A stretch of DNA of 61,330 bases, filler included, from Nemertoderma westbladi (lineage: Eukaryota > Animalia > Xenacoelomorpha): assembly GCA_032718475.1 (NCBI GenBank). It is 3 parts of 3 records of this genome, joined end to end, with 100 filler letters (N's around TTAATTAATTAA, not from the genome) between each part and the next. Parts side by side here need not be neighbours in the genome. Positions count along the whole stretch, not along the records: positions 1 to 22,894 come from JAUCBJ010003355.1; 2 more parts are not named here. One strand, written 5' to 3'. Below are positions 1 through 11,524 of this stretch, in pieces; position 1 is the stretch's first letter, and each line of letters begins with the position of its first letter. The notes beneath the pieces are model-generated. The model worked only from the letters and a program-made list of their open reading frames with translations. It had not been told where the DNA came from and made no database searches. The translations under genes and the position numbers were made by a program.

Positions 1-236
1 AACATGTGACGGTCAGAGTTATATATTACATTTTTTTAAATAAGGATATTAATTTGGCGCTGAATATTGTTACTTTAATAAATACAACAAGGTATAGCCC
101 TGTAATTGATACTGGAACCAATTTTATTTACCTGTTTGTCTGGACGCAATGGTGTCTTTTTGTGAGGTGATGTCACTCATGTTGCCTAAATAGGGAACCT
201 CAAAAAATTGGTTTGTGATGCCTATTTAGGCAACTA
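1..236 (+). repeat. Left terminal inverted repeat (partial) with CArG boxes at 185-194 and 221-230
   Basis: Reverse complement of 9026-9262 apart from small indels. CCTAAATAGG and CCTATTTAGG read directly. Confidence 0.9.
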
Positions 237-790
237 GCCTAACTCGCACTACAGTATATTTAATCCACTCTTGAAATGTATCCTTTCAGCCTAGTATCTT
301 CGGTAAAGGTAAAAAGCGTCATTAGAGGTTAACTCATCACGTTTATTGTTTGGTTAGAATGATGTCACTGTAACCTGTTCCTTTCCCTTAACAACACCAT
401 GATATTACACCACAGGACCTAATGCCACAGGAACTAATGGCCAAAGGACCTAATGACGCGGTACCTGTCAGCCTGTACGTGTACATATATTAAAAATTTA
501 TGAAGTCCACTACCGGTACAATAAAATATAATGAATAATTGTATTGGGATTGATTATGGCATAACTAGACTGAACTACACAGTAATGTACCCATACTGTA
601 CTGCCTTATTGAATAAATGTGAATTTTTTTGTCTTGCTCTAGTCTGATAATATATTAATTATTTCATTTAATTAAAATAATGGTAAATTGAATCAATAGT
701 TATTATCTGGCCTGATCCATAGATTTACATAGCAGCCTAAGCCTATAATAAATAGCTCGGGATCATTTTATATACCTGGTATCCTGTATA

Positions 791-1590
791 CAGTACATTC
801 CTCATTCCAGGGGGTTTTCCTCATTCTGGGGGTCATTCCTCAATCCTGTTCAATCCAACTTCAAACCACAAAAAATTGCAGGTTTGTATGTCTGGAATAT
901 TCAATTCTAATGCTGAGCTGCCTGTATCCAATCCCATTATCGGCACTGTATGTGGGAAGGAGCCTGGGGCATGTGTTGTCTGTAACCACATTCGGAAATT
1001 GTACAAACAAAGCCAGCCGACTTCATTAATCAAATTAACTTAGAAATAACAGCCTTTAAAAAAATGTACTTCTAGTTAATATGATGAATGCCAAATTAAA
1101 AGGCAAGAGATAATAAAAGATAGAAAATAAATTTATAGAGAATATATTTATGTGAATATTATTTATCAAATATTGGTAGTTAGAATATACAGTAACTGCA
1201 GATAATTTATGAAGTAAACTTACAGTATTATATTAATCGTTCACTTTTCCACAACTTTTGTTTGAATAAATATTAAAACAACTACTGTCCAACAAGGAAG
1301 TATAAGTAACAAGTCAACAGAGCCGCAGGCTAAGTGGGGATGGTGGTCTGGTTCAAGGGAAGGAGGCTGTTCCTGTTAGAAATGCCTTTGTGCTGCACAG
1401 TGGGATGTTCAATCCTTTCAAACCATGGCGCCTGGAGCGGATTGAAAGTTTCAAACCATCATTTTTATAAAAAATTTGGTTTGAAGTTAGCCATTCAATC
1501 CTTTCAATCCTCCCATTGCCAGCCATTATAAAATGGTTTGAGGAATGACACTCAGAATGAGAAAAACCACCCGGAATGAGGAATGTACTG
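791..1590. mobile_element. Tc1/mariner-pogo-type MITE nested in the large transposon
   Basis: TIRs CAGTACATTCCTCATTCC...GGAATGAGGAATGTACTG (~50 bp, imperfect), flanked by TA at 789-790 and 1591-1592. Confidence 0.8.
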
Positions 1591-1798
1591 TAGTGTATAC
1601 GTATGACGTATGTATATCGGTACCACAGATCAGATGTGGTGTACACGTATATGTTACGTATAAATGATTAAATTAAATTATAATTGTGAGAGTTGATGCA
1701 TTAACCTTCAGACCTTATAATACATCAAATAATTTGATCTCAAATGGAAGTAAGTACCTCCTATTCAAGGATCCAGTTGGCATTGGAAGGCAAAATGC

Positions 1799-4412
1799 AT
1801 GGTAAGATCATGTAATAAAACTACAGACTTGCTGAGCACTGATCCTGCACGCAAAAAAGTAAGTGCCGCAGTTGTTGCATTCATCAGAAAGAAAACAACA
1901 TCAAGTATGGAACCTTCCAGTACCAGGTATGTTTGCCGTTCTTGTTACCATTCTGCAAAAATTGAATTCAATGAAAACAACCCACTTCAACATGTAAGTC
2001 AAGTAACCAAACGGACACATACTGAGGAAACAACTGTGCACGATTATATTGGATGTGGCAATATGGAAGAGGATAATGTTGAAGTTGTATATCATCGGAA
2101 TGATTCACATTCGAAGGATAACATTCAAGACTACCTTAAATCTCTAAAAACCTCTATTATTAAAACTGCAGCAAACCTTAAAGGTTGTTTTCATGAAGAA
2201 ATTATTGGCGATAATTTCTTTTCTCATATAGATCCCACTCTTTTGGAGTTTTGCTGTTTCATGGCAGATGTGGAATCAATTGATATTCAAGCTACAAAAA
2301 GTATAAAATTCAAAATAATTAAAACTGTTGAACAACTATGTTTTTTATCATTGAATTCATTTATTGGTCCTGTTACTTTTATGCAGAAGTATCTGTCATA
2401 TATGCTTTCCAATAGTAAAGTTGGAACGATGTTACAAGGTTTAGGTTCTCCCAGTGGAAGCACCACATTTCTAAAAGGTCAGGTCATGAAGAAAGCACTT
2501 GAAGTTCCTTATGAAACTCCTTCTGGTGATTTGCTTGTAGTCATTGATAACAACCAACATTATCTAAAAACTTATCATGTAATATTCCAAGGAGTTCCTA
2601 TATCTAAAACGACTAGTGTTGCTAGTATGCTGTTCCATACGATCCAACCTACACAGTTCACTGCGCTTCAGTTCATAGACCGTGGGAGTTTCGATAGTTT
2701 GTTGTCATGCGAAGTTGACAAGATGGACGAGTTTGCGGCAGCAACAAGACTTAGATTCTTAAGTTCGGTTTTCAAAGAGGTCAAGGCTGAATTTATTTCC
2801 AATGGTTGTTCTGTAAACGAACTGCATGATGATTCTCTTGCCTCTGACAAATTGTCTACTGGTGTTCGTGTAATCGATACATATCCTTTTATCGATGGCA
2901 CATCAATTGATTTCGATAAGAAAGATGGTGACATACAGTTTAGAATACATGATCAATTTCCAGGTGATCCAGGGTCATCAGAGGCAGTGGAAAATTCTCT
3001 ACAGAAATTATGCCTACATTTTTTATCAGAAAACCGAAAGTGGTTAGTTGTTGTCATGGATGGTTTGCCATATTCTCTGGCTATTGATATTCTAAAAAAA
3101 AATACGGAGCTGGCATCACAAATTATATTAAAGCCTGGACTTGGACATATTCATTTGAACATGATAAAAACTTTAACTAAGATTCTTTGGACACCATTCC
3201 TACAGATGTTTGCTACCGAAATTGCTAATTACAAAACGACCAAGGCTCAATCAGCCTTTTTAAAAGCAAATGATCACCACAAGATGACTGAAGTATTCGA
3301 TATAATATTAATTGCTAATTTGAAAGAGATAATGATGTTGGCCATCAGTGAAATATATGCAAAGAAAATGACAACAGATATTACAATAAATTATTTTTAT
3401 CTATGGGCGAACAAGATTCAGAATCCATCCCTAAAAATGTTATTTGATTGGACAATTGGTCCTATACTATCAGCCTACTTATTTAAATCTGGAATTCGAC
3501 GCAACAACTCTAAAGCAATTGACACTTTCTTATTCAAGTTCGCACCAACCTTTTTTGCACACACAAATCATATTTACAGAAAAATTATAACACACTATTT
3601 CATACAAAAGTGGCAGCTACCTGGGTATATTTCAAGACTGTATGAAAATGAAGGTTTCTCCCGGGGTCTGTCATTTAAAGGCCTGGGGCTAGATTATGTT
3701 TTAGAAGAAGTGCACAAAAAAATTAAGAGGAATACGAGTGGGGGTCTACCATCTTGGAAACGATGGATTACAAACTACAGAACTGGCAACTCGCTTGCAG
3801 AAGTGAGAGACAGTGTCTTTATAGCATCAGATACATTGGATCCATACAAAGCTGATATATTGAGAAAAAAAGATGTAGACCTTTCGAAAATGGTACTGGA
3901 ATTTAGGAAATTATTACACAATTCCCATTTCGTAATGAGTTCGCAATTTATACCTGACAAACGTCATCCACTTGGACTAAGTGGAGAAATGAGTTCTCAT
4001 TTTGGAAAGTTTTTAGAATATGGCTACACTAATTTAATAACTTGTTGCAAAGCTGTATTTTCAGGATCTGAAAATCCGAAATGCGAGCCAGTTCCAATTA
4101 CATATACACAAGAATGTCTTAAAGAATCGCCTGATCATCAAACCATAGACCAATTAAAGACAAATTATTGAGTGGTTTTCTAAAAATTGCTCAAATAAGG
4201 ACATTAGTGATCATATTTTACAAAGACTTCTAAGATGCCATCTGAAGAATTCGTTCATTGAACTGTATAATAATATTTTTGAGTACCCTGATATACAGGT
4301 GCTAATAAATAAATATTTAGAGGATTATACTGAAACTGTCTCTTCACTCCCGACTCTCTTGGACTGTAATGAAACGGATACAAGTAATTCTAGTGATTAT
4401 GAAACTGATTAA
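1799..4412 (+). CDS. Putative DDE-type transposase, Academ/DUF6589-like; one frameshift near 4165 (ORF track stops at 4171)
   Basis: 790-aa ORF with spaced motifs VIDNNQ, VVMDGLPY, PGLGHIHLNM and GLDYVLEE, resembling the DN / D / G-x-x-H / D-x-x-x-E pattern of Academ-type transposases. It has an N-terminal CxxC (YVCRSCY). An alternative frame from 4167 stays open for 81 codons to TAA at 4410-4412 and ends in an acidic tail. Located between TIRs. Confidence 0.7.
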
Positions 4413-4962
4413 ATATTATACATCACCTAGCCTAATTACCTATTGAATGTCCTTCCCGTGGGGAAATTCAAAGCAACTCATAGACGATTACTCTCAAAAA
4501 TGAAACTGTAACCTGAATATATGTATTTAATTTATTGTTTTGGTTAGAATAATATGCCACTGTAGCCTTTGCTATTGACTTTCGTTTATTGTAGAATAGC
4601 ATACCACTGTAACCTGCTCCTTTCCCTTAATTGATAATTAACATTGCTAATTTGCCGAGATTATATATTTAATTCATCGAGGTGTGATTTGTGTCAAGTC
4701 CCTCCCAGCTCCCCTGTCTCGAATTGAGTTTGATACTTAAATTGAGTTTAAGATAAACAAAATATTAAAAGTATGATTCACTGATTAAATTCTTAACTAT
4801 TGCATTTAAATCATTGCATAGTGAGGTTACAAAGGTAAATAATGTTTTAAAATCAACAAGTAGGCCTATATATTAAACTATAAAACTCAATTAGTTGATT
4901 ACAAATTATTTATTTGTCTTTTTGCAGGATGCCCTCTACCTCTCTTGGTTAAAGCAGGGACA

Positions 4963-6590
4963 TTAGGTAATTTCGAGTGTTTCTTTGCATTCCCACACTA
5001 ATGATTTTTCTGTTTCACTCCCTTTCCGTAAAGTTGGAAAACCTAAGCAGTGGGCATGGACCCACTTTTTACAGACGCTATCACCCCCCTGACAACCTAG
5101 CCAAAGGCCAGCGATGTCCCCAATGACACCATACTGACGCCCACAGATCCGACACATTTGTTCGTGATTATTATAGATATTACCTGTGTAACATGGCTTT
5201 GTGTTGTGCTGATCCCTGATAAATGAACAGCACAGTTCCATTCCAATTTATCCGTAATAGCTGTTGTATTTTTTCCAACACCAAGACAAGTGGCATGTGC
5301 CCATGCAGAACATTTACCTTCAATACCACGGCATCCAAACCACAAGCCTCCCATATCCCGTTCTCCTCCACTAAGTTCCCCACAAATCCTACATACTTGG
5401 GATGGAATAGGAAACACACGTGGCATTGCACTATATGGCGCCTTTGTTGGTGTCACTAGTGGCTGTGGTGCATCCACATGCGAATCACATGCAGTTCCAC
5501 CACCATCATAGCCTGCAGACTCATCTCCCATAAGTATGCAGTCCACAGCCTGTCGTGCCTCTCCCTTAGTTGATAACTCTTGTTTGCTAATAGTAGATAG
5601 GGGAAGATTTAGGCCAGAAAGAAGACTTGTATTACTTGTATTGGTAGCGTGTTTATCATGCGAAGAATAAAATTCTAAATGGAAAACTTCCTTTTTGGTT
5701 GTCTTTGAAATTTTTGAGGTCATAAAAATTAAGTCTGTTTTTACTTGAGTCGTAATATCCAAATCATCAGACTTAGATTTTAAGGTTGACTTTCGTTTAC
5801 AAAGAGTTGAATCTCTATTGCGCTTTTTATCAGCACTGAAAGTCAGTTGATCCCGCGTCTTGCGTTTCAGTTTTCTCTTTTTATGTCTGATGTTCTCAGC
5901 CCCACTTCCAATCTCACCCCCAAAGCCCTCAGCACTAACTACAATGTCCCCAACGTCACCCCCAATACCCTCAGTACCAACTACTATATTCTCAATATCA
6001 CCCCCAATGTCCTCAGTACCAACTACTATATTATCAATATCACCAACAATGTCCTCAGTTCCAACTACTATATTCTCAATATCACCCCCAATGTCCTCAG
6101 TTCCAACTACTATATTCTCAATATCACCCCCAATGTCCTCAGCAGTTCCAACTACTATTTCCCCATTGCCAATAACACCCCCAATGACGTTAGTTCCAAC
6201 TACTGTGTTCCCAATATCACCTCCCCAAATACCTTCTGCACCAACTACAATAGGCCTACCCTCAATGCCCCCTGTGATAACCCCAATGTCATTGTCCCCT
6301 CCTCCGTCACAACCACCATGTCCAACACCATAACCACCCCTACATATGCCCTTGCCATCATTCCTCACAGGAAACCAGGATTTATCTTTACCTTCGTCAT
6401 CGAAATCCGATAGAATCGGAGATGGGATATCACAGTCGGATAATGGAGGTGTTTTGGGTTGTGGATCAACTGGGTAGTAGTGCGGCGGTATATTAAGTTC
6501 GGGTAGTGTATTTTGCCACAATCTATTCATCAACATCAGGCCAGAATCATTACAATCATCATCGGTATCGCTCCCAATTTCGAATTCCAT
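4963..6590 (-). CDS. Transposon accessory protein: acidic 14-aa repeats, SRF-type MADS-box-like domain, two PHD fingers (second one frameshifted)
   Basis: RDSTLCKRKSTLKSKSDDLDITTQVKTDLIF aligns without gaps to the SRF MADS core RYTTFSKRKTGIMKKAYELSTLTGTQVLLLV. PHD1 is CRICG...WFGC...CSAWAHATC...WNC..H. PHD2 is CRICG...WLGC...CKKWVHAHC...WEC in the 4963..5241 frame. Confidence 0.75.
5920..6260 (-). repeat. Coding 42-bp tandem repeat (DIGGDIENIVVGTE)n
   Basis: About 7 imperfect in-frame copies within the 5097..6590 ORF. Confidence 0.85.
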
Positions 6591-6718
6591 TTAGTTTAGG
6601 TTATATATATTTAGGTTAAATACAGTATGAGACTGGCTAACTATAGTGTGTAATATACAGTTGGATGGTGAGATAAATGTATTAATACAGTATATACTAA
6701 CTGATTTAAGACTGAATA

Positions 6719-7661
6719 CAGGCCCGTATGGTGATCGTAATATCTGGGGGGGGCAGAAGCCTATTGGAGTATGTCAATAATGGCAAATGTTGTTGACGTA
6801 ACGATTTCATTAACTTAACATTCAAATAACTTTGTTAGATTTAAAGCTGTCGAATTGAAAATTTGTAGCCATAAATATGTCCAAAACTTGACATTATTTA
6901 GCGACTTTAGACACAATCAGTTCAACAGTCTCCTGCTAGATGGCTTCATGTCTAAACATTAAATGTCCTCCCATTTCTTTGCTTTTAAACCGTTTAAGTG
7001 GAAACTTGGCAGAATTGTGCCTAGACCATTAGCTGTGTCATTTAAACTTTTTCTGAGGTCTTAAAAATCGACTGCAGTTTTCCAGACTACCTCTCTAAGT
7101 GTAAAGTGATCAAGGGACATCTGCTTAGATGTTGCTTATATTTCTTTCGGGTTGACACTTACATAATTTTATGTCACGTGCTGCGCGAAGGACCCACTTT
7201 AGGCATAATATGGTTAAGGTTAAGTTACAACAAATTAAAGATATTGATACCAGCGCAAGCAACCCAGTAGCGCGTAGCTGGCTCCCAAATTACAGTCAAA
7301 TAGACACTGGGTCAACAACAAACAACCCCTGTGGTAGCCAATGAGAGAATCTGGAACTTTCGGGTATTTTTAGTATTTACAGCTAGGTAGGTTAATGTCA
7401 TGTAGTATTATATAATTGGACCAAAATGGGATGGTGTGGAGTCACGTCAGTGTGTATGTAGACGTGTGTATTCTACTATAAGTATATCAATGTGAATCCA
7501 ATAATATTGATCACTGGGGTCAACCTCAACACTATTATTATTAATTAATTGTGAACAAGACGAGTGAACAAGACATGTCTGGCTGGGGGGGCAGTGAAAC
7601 GTGTCTGGGGGGGCAGTGCCCCCAAAGCCCCCCCCCCCCCCCCCCGCACGATACGGGCCTG
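6719..7661. mobile_element. hAT-type non-autonomous element nested in the large transposon
   Basis: TIR CAGGCCCGTAT...ATACGGGCCTG, with a perfect 8-bp TSD ACTGAATA at 6711-6718 and 7662-7669. Confidence 0.9.
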
Positions 7662-7822
7662 ACTGAATAGCAACTACATATATGTCTTTGATCACTTGCA
7701 ATGAAATGAAGTCGCCTAGCCTATATTGACTGAATTAGTGAAGGTATAAAATTTCACAATATTAAATACAGAAACGCTCGGACTCAATTATTAAAAATTC
7801 GAAATAGAAACAATCTGCCAAT

Positions 7823-8747
7823 CCGGTGTAACAGGAAAATATGCCCCCCCGGGAAATGTGCCCGGGGGGGCATATTTTCCTAGGAAAAAATGCCCCCCCG
7901 GGCAAATTTCCCTAGGAAAAAATGCCCCCCCCTTAGGAAATTATGCCCCCCCTGAATTATACAATAAACAAAACTTATTACTACTAAAACTTACAAAAAT
8001 TATACAAAACAATAAACAGTCACTTTACCAAATTAAGGAAAGGAGCAGGTTACAGAGGCAGGCCTTTCTAACCTAAACAATAAACGATCATTTAACTAAT
8101 TGAGGGAAAGGAGCAGGTTACAGAGGCGGGATTTTCTAACCAAAACAATAAACAGTCACTTTAGCAAATCAGGGAAAGGAGCAGGTTACAGAGACGGGAT
8201 TTTCTAACCAAAACAATAAACGATAACATTACCAATTGAGAGAAAGGAGCAGGTAACAGAGGCGGGATTTTCTAACCAAAACAATAAACAATCACTTTAC
8301 CAAATCAGGGAAAGGAGCAGGTTACAGACTTAAAAAAGCTTGGAGCTGCTCGGCGCCCACACAACACCACACACTCGCACTGCTGTTATGCCAGTACTTA
8401 CTACAGTAGCCTACTGACTTAGATACTTCAGTATGCTGTTCTACATCCCTTACTGCCTTACCTGCTTGCTTACCTACCGGCAGACCGGTACCGTACTATT
8501 CTTCCAACTATTACAAGTTCTGCAGTTGGTAGATTAAACAGACCGGTATCGTACCAGTTTTCAGACTTTTGAGGGGGGCTAATTTTCCTGAGGGGAGGCA
8601 TTATTTCCTAAGGAGAAAATGCCCCCCCGGGCTAAATTTCCTAGGAAAAATTGCCCGGGGGGACATAATATCCTAGGAAATAATGCCCGGGGCATTATGC
8701 CCGGCCCCTGCAGATTCTAGGGGGGGCTGATTTCCTTGTGACACCGG
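7823..8747. mobile_element. MITE with CCGGTGT termini, subterminal GCCCCCC/CCTAGGAAA repeats and an internal ~65-bp tandem array
   Basis: CCGGTGTAACAGGAAAAT...ATTTCCTTGTGACACCGG. The internal repeats at 8007-8330 contain AACAATAAAC and AAAGGAGCAGGTTACA. No clear TSD. Confidence 0.75.
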
Positions 8748-9025
8748 GCCTTAAAAGCAGCCTAAATAATAACTACTAGTATCTTGACATGGCATACCTA
8801 CTGCTGCGCTGCTCTGCTACAACTGTAGGCCTACTACGCTACTATGCAATATGAATCCGCACTATGACATGGCAGTCTTAAGAGTATAGGTACTGGAAGT
8901 AAATTAAAAGAAATTAAATCCTGAAATCGGTAACAGAGTAAAAAAAGATAAATTGATTGACTGAGCTCAATCCTCCAAAACGTTTTCTTATAATCAAAGT
9001 ATATCAGTATGTATATGTCTGTATG

Positions 9026-9373
9026 TAGTTGCCTAAATAGGCATCACAAACCAATTTTTTGAGGTTCCCTATTTAGGCAACATGAGTGACATCACCTGTC
9101 ACCTCACAAAAAGACACCATTGCGTCCAGACAAACAGGTAAATAAAATTGGTTCCAGTATCAATTACAGGGCTTGTTGTATTTATTAAAGTAACAATATT
9201 CAGCACCAAATTAATATCCTTATTTTAAAAAATATAATCTATAACTCTGACCGTCACATGTTGCCTAATTAGGCAGTAAAGATACATCACTATTACCTAT
9301 AAAGGCAACACTACATTGTAAATGTTGCCTAAATAGGAAATGTCTATTGATGCCTATATAGGCAACTGTACCG
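9026..9373 (-). repeat. Right terminal inverted repeat with six CArG boxes
   Basis: CC(A/T)6GG at 9032-9041, 9068-9077, 9264-9273, 9296-9305, 9328-9337 and 9353-9362. Confidence 0.9.
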
Positions 9374-10109
9374 TATATATAATATCTATATAAGCAGATA
9401 AGTGTTTTAACCTTCCTATGTACACATGCTAAGTGCTATTTCCACCACCTGGGGTCGTTTTTGACCCCATTCAGTTGAATGTGATTTTTCCCCCAATATA
9501 TGGTAGGCTACGCCTACAGTTTCCTCATGTCTTTATTTTGTTACACTCAGACACTCCCCAAATAAGTGTTCCATTCCAAATTTTATAAAAATTGAACAAT
9601 GTCTAGAGAGTCCAAACTCACACTAAGCACATGGCCACGGCCAGTTCCCGCCCTTCATGCAAGCAGGCAAGTGAGTCATATTCCCCATTCACTGCTTGTA
9701 TTTTATGAAACGCTTTTTACAATTTTTTTCATTAACATTTTTTCTACCGACTGTCTGAGACCATATGGTTTCCCTCAATTAGTAAAGTGATCGTTTATTG
9801 TTTTGGTTAGAAAAGCCCACACCTGTAACCTGCTCTTTTCTCTCAATTGGTAAACTGGCCGTTTATTGTTTTGGTTAGAAAAGCCTGCCTATGTAACACC
9901 TGCTCCTTTCAGTCTTTCCCTCAAAAAAATGGTGAAATTAATTTGCACGTTTTGTATTTCAGTATTTGCTTAATACTGTAATACTCCTACTGGTACCGGT
10001 ATTTATATTTTATTGTACTCAGATTATGCTGTCAGGCTGTTATGTATATTAAAAATATTGATTGAGAAAACCATGTTTAGGCCTATCTAAAATCTTTACA
10101 ATTTTTGGG

Positions 10110-10522
10110 AAAATTTTGTATATTCTCCCAGGCATATCTTTAATTCCCAACTTGGTTAAGACATCTTCTAAGATCGTAAAATACCCATCCAAAACTTCTT
10201 TGGTAAGGCCTCTCAACGTAGCAATAGTCTGATCTGCTGATAGTAAGATATTCAGGCTTACCTTTCTTAATCGAGTCTGCCATCGAGAATATAAAGAATT
10301 GAGCCAATAAATTCCAGGCCGATTATCATTAAAGACACTGACAGACTGACTGTTCAAGTCTTGATTTGAGATATTGTTGTATGATGATGGCGACCTCATT
10401 CAAGGTTATAGCCCATCCGTAGTCAGACATGAACTCCAGCCCTGAAACCAAATATTCTTCAACGTCAAGCGCTTTTTCGCAAAAAAAGGTATATATGTCC
10501 CGACTTACCCCGTTTTACCCTA
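10110..10522 (-). pseudogene. Remnant of a pogo/Fot1-like (CENP-B HTH) transposase with an adjacent probable TIR
   Basis: Frameshifted translation ...MSDYGWAITLNEV.../FNDNRPGIYWL...YFTILEDVLTKLGIKDMPGRIY is typical of the region preceding the DDE_1 domain. It is followed by GTCCCGACTTACCCCGTTTTACCCTA at ~10497-10522. Confidence 0.65.
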
Positions 10523-11524
10523 TTGATGATTGAAATAGGGGCCTAATAAATTAGATATTGATTGATATTGATAAAACATTAGGCCCTAAGTAAATTAATC
10601 TGGGTCGAATTGACTTTGAAGGTCTGAAGGTGGGGCGAATCGGTCAACTGTCGAAGTCGATTTGCCAACCAATGTACATACAGACATAGGCCTATTCCCT
10701 TACCAGCCTTACACCTTACATTAACATTACTGTATTATGGGGCGAATAGACTTGGTGCGAGCGAGCGAATAACTAGAGCGAGCGAATATGGAATATATCT
10801 TGCACATAACTGCTTATGCTTAACCTGCAGACCTGCGAATGGTTGTGTGTGAACCTGATTTTTAATACTAATAAGATGAATTAAGTAGGCCCTAAACATT
10901 AAATTACTAAAATTATTAATTAATAAATAGGCTACGCTACCGGTACTTTAGGAGTGAGTAGGTAGGTACGGTATTATAAATTATATTTAAGTAATATGAT
11001 TAGGCCTAACGGTAATGCTGTAATGTTAAATACAACATTTTACTCTCGATTCTTTATAATAGGCCTATCACATTTCAAGTTGAAATCGAACGACCTCCCT
11101 ACTCTTTTTTTTTTACATTACCGGTAATTAATAAATTCATTTTTTATTCGTTAAATAATAATATTAATAATACATAATATTGTAAACATGTGATTATAAA
11201 TGGTGGCAATACCAGAATACGGACGGCAATACTGCAATACAATACAACAATGTAACAACTTTTTGTTTTCGTTTACAATTTGATGTAGTGACTGGCCAGA
11301 TATCAGGCAAAAGTCTGTCAGATATCGGACCCCAGGCCGGATAGCAAAAAAATAAATTAGGTGCACTTGCACTGCACCATGAGGCACGAGTTCCACAAGT
11401 TACAATTGAATTGAAGTTACGTTAGAATTTTGCTATATCCAGAATTGTAGGTTGATTAGTTAGATATATACCGGTATCTATCTATATATATTTCACTGTT
11501 TATTTCTTTAAGAAGCTTTTAATA

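Larger units (their letters stand above)
1..9373. mobile_element. Large TIR DNA transposon (Academ-like) with two convergent genes; left terminus lies just upstream of the window
   Basis: Bases 1-236 are the near-perfect reverse complement of 9026-9262. The same motif array continues on the right to ~9373 (...GGCAACTGTACCG). The repeats enclose a transposase-like ORF (+) and a MADS/PHD ORF (-). The exact termini and TSD cannot be fixed because the left end is outside the window. Confidence 0.85.

Noticed and set aside
5847-6413. Plus-strand ORFs of 188 and 157 aa
   Set aside because: They are antisense shadows of the 42-bp coding repeat in the minus-strand MADS/PHD gene.
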